Below, in pieces: positions 26,206 through 26,691 of a DNA stretch of 26,691 nucleotides. The position numbers and the translations under genes are program-made. A model generated the notes under the pieces. It ran no database searches. It was not told the origin of the DNA and was given only the letters and a program-made list of their open reading frames with translations. Origin of the DNA: a virus (Duplodnaviria; Caudoviricetes); IMG/VR virus record IMGVR_UViG_3300012953_000188, positions 1 through 26,691 of that record; one strand, given 5' to 3'. The number at the start of each line of letters is the position of its first letter. Position 1 is the stretch's first letter.

Positions 26206-26334
26206 ATGGAAGCACTACATACTGTCGGTTTAATCAACCTCGGGTGCGTGGTGTTCCTTTCTTTCATTTACTTCGAGGTTCGCTTCCTTCAGTCTTTCAA
26301 GACAACGGAGCAGGCAGATGGGACTCAAAGTTAA
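26206..26334 (+). CDS. Small single-TM hypothetical protein (42 aa); absent from the ORF track
   Basis: MEALHTVGLINLGCVVFLSFIYFEVRFLQSFKTTEQADGTQS*; begins 4 nt after the previous stop. Confidence 0.55.
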   Translation: MEALHTVGLINLGCVVFLSFIYFEVRFLQSFKTTEQADGTQS

Positions 26335-26509
26335 AATAGAATGGGACTACGGTTTACCCGATTACGACCCAGATAAACATGATCCAGAAAAGGTTTTTGC
26401 CTTTCTCTGTTATCGTGGTGTCCACTACGCTAAATGGGTAACACTAAATGTGTTTAATCAACCTTCATGGTTTCTTAAAAATCCAAGGAAGGGTGAGAAG
26501 AAAAAGTAA
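26318..26509 (+). CDS. Small protein with DUF4278-like LxYRGVxY motif
   Basis: FLCYRGVHYAK; GGAG upstream; followed by a terminator. Confidence 0.7.
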   Translation: MGLKVKIEWDYGLPDYDPDKHDPEKVFAFLCYRGVHYAKWVTLNVFNQPSWFLKNPRKGEKKK

Positions 26510-26528
26510 ATTGTATTCATTCAAAGAT

Positions 26529-26555
26529 AGGAGGGGTTGACACCCTCCTTTTTTT
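26529..26555 (+). terminator. Rho-independent terminator
   Basis: AGGAGGG-GTTGACA-CCCTCCT followed by a T run. Confidence 0.85.
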
Positions 26556-26565
26556 ATGCCATAAT
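26537..26565 (+). promoter_or_regulatory. Sigma70-like promoter overlapping the terminator
   Basis: TTGACA (26537-26542), 17 nt spacer, CATAAT (26560-26565) with extended TG. Confidence 0.65.
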
Positions 26566-26570
26566 AACTT

Positions 26571-26691
26571 TGTGCCTGATCAGCACATTGGGAGTGACTG
26601 AATAAACTTACTGGCAAACGCTAGTTAAGGTGATGAGACACAGGTGGTGCTGCACCGAGAGGTGAATCGACTTACCAGTCGGGTCTCAGGC
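26571..26691 (+). ncRNA. manA-like structured RNA motif (5' part, truncated by window end)
   Basis: GTTAAGGTGATGAGACACAGGTGGTGCTGC...CGGGTCTCAGGC resembles the manA motif as recalled. Visible stems: TGAGAC/GTCTCA, CACC-GAGA-GGTG, CGACT-TACC-AGTCG and ACTGGC/GCTAGT. Confidence 0.7.

Overview
This 26.7 kb window is a segment of a T4-like marine cyanophage (myovirus infecting Synechococcus/Prochlorococcus). It covers the replication and nucleotide-metabolism region: dam methylase, pcyA, clamp loader gp62, regA, hsp20, DNA polymerase gp43, uvsX, helicase gp41, mazG, two 2OG-Fe(II) oxygenases, primase gp61, nrdA and nrdB. It also contains a block of late-promoter-driven hypothetical or virion genes, and a convergent 7-gene cassette of membrane/secreted proteins inserted between regA and hsp20. 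The most striking feature is at about 25.56-26.20 kb. Two tandem glutamine-riboswitch-like aptamers (CGTTCA-P2-CGCA...GGAACG) each carry an entire ~200-nt protein-coding ORF inside the P2 loop. The two ORFs are paralogous small 2-Cys proteins, the aptamers can pair with each other (AGTCG/CGACT), and the unit lies upstream of DUF4278-like YRG-motif peptides. A manA-like structured RNA begins at the right edge. All calls come from reading motifs and recalling families; no database search was run.
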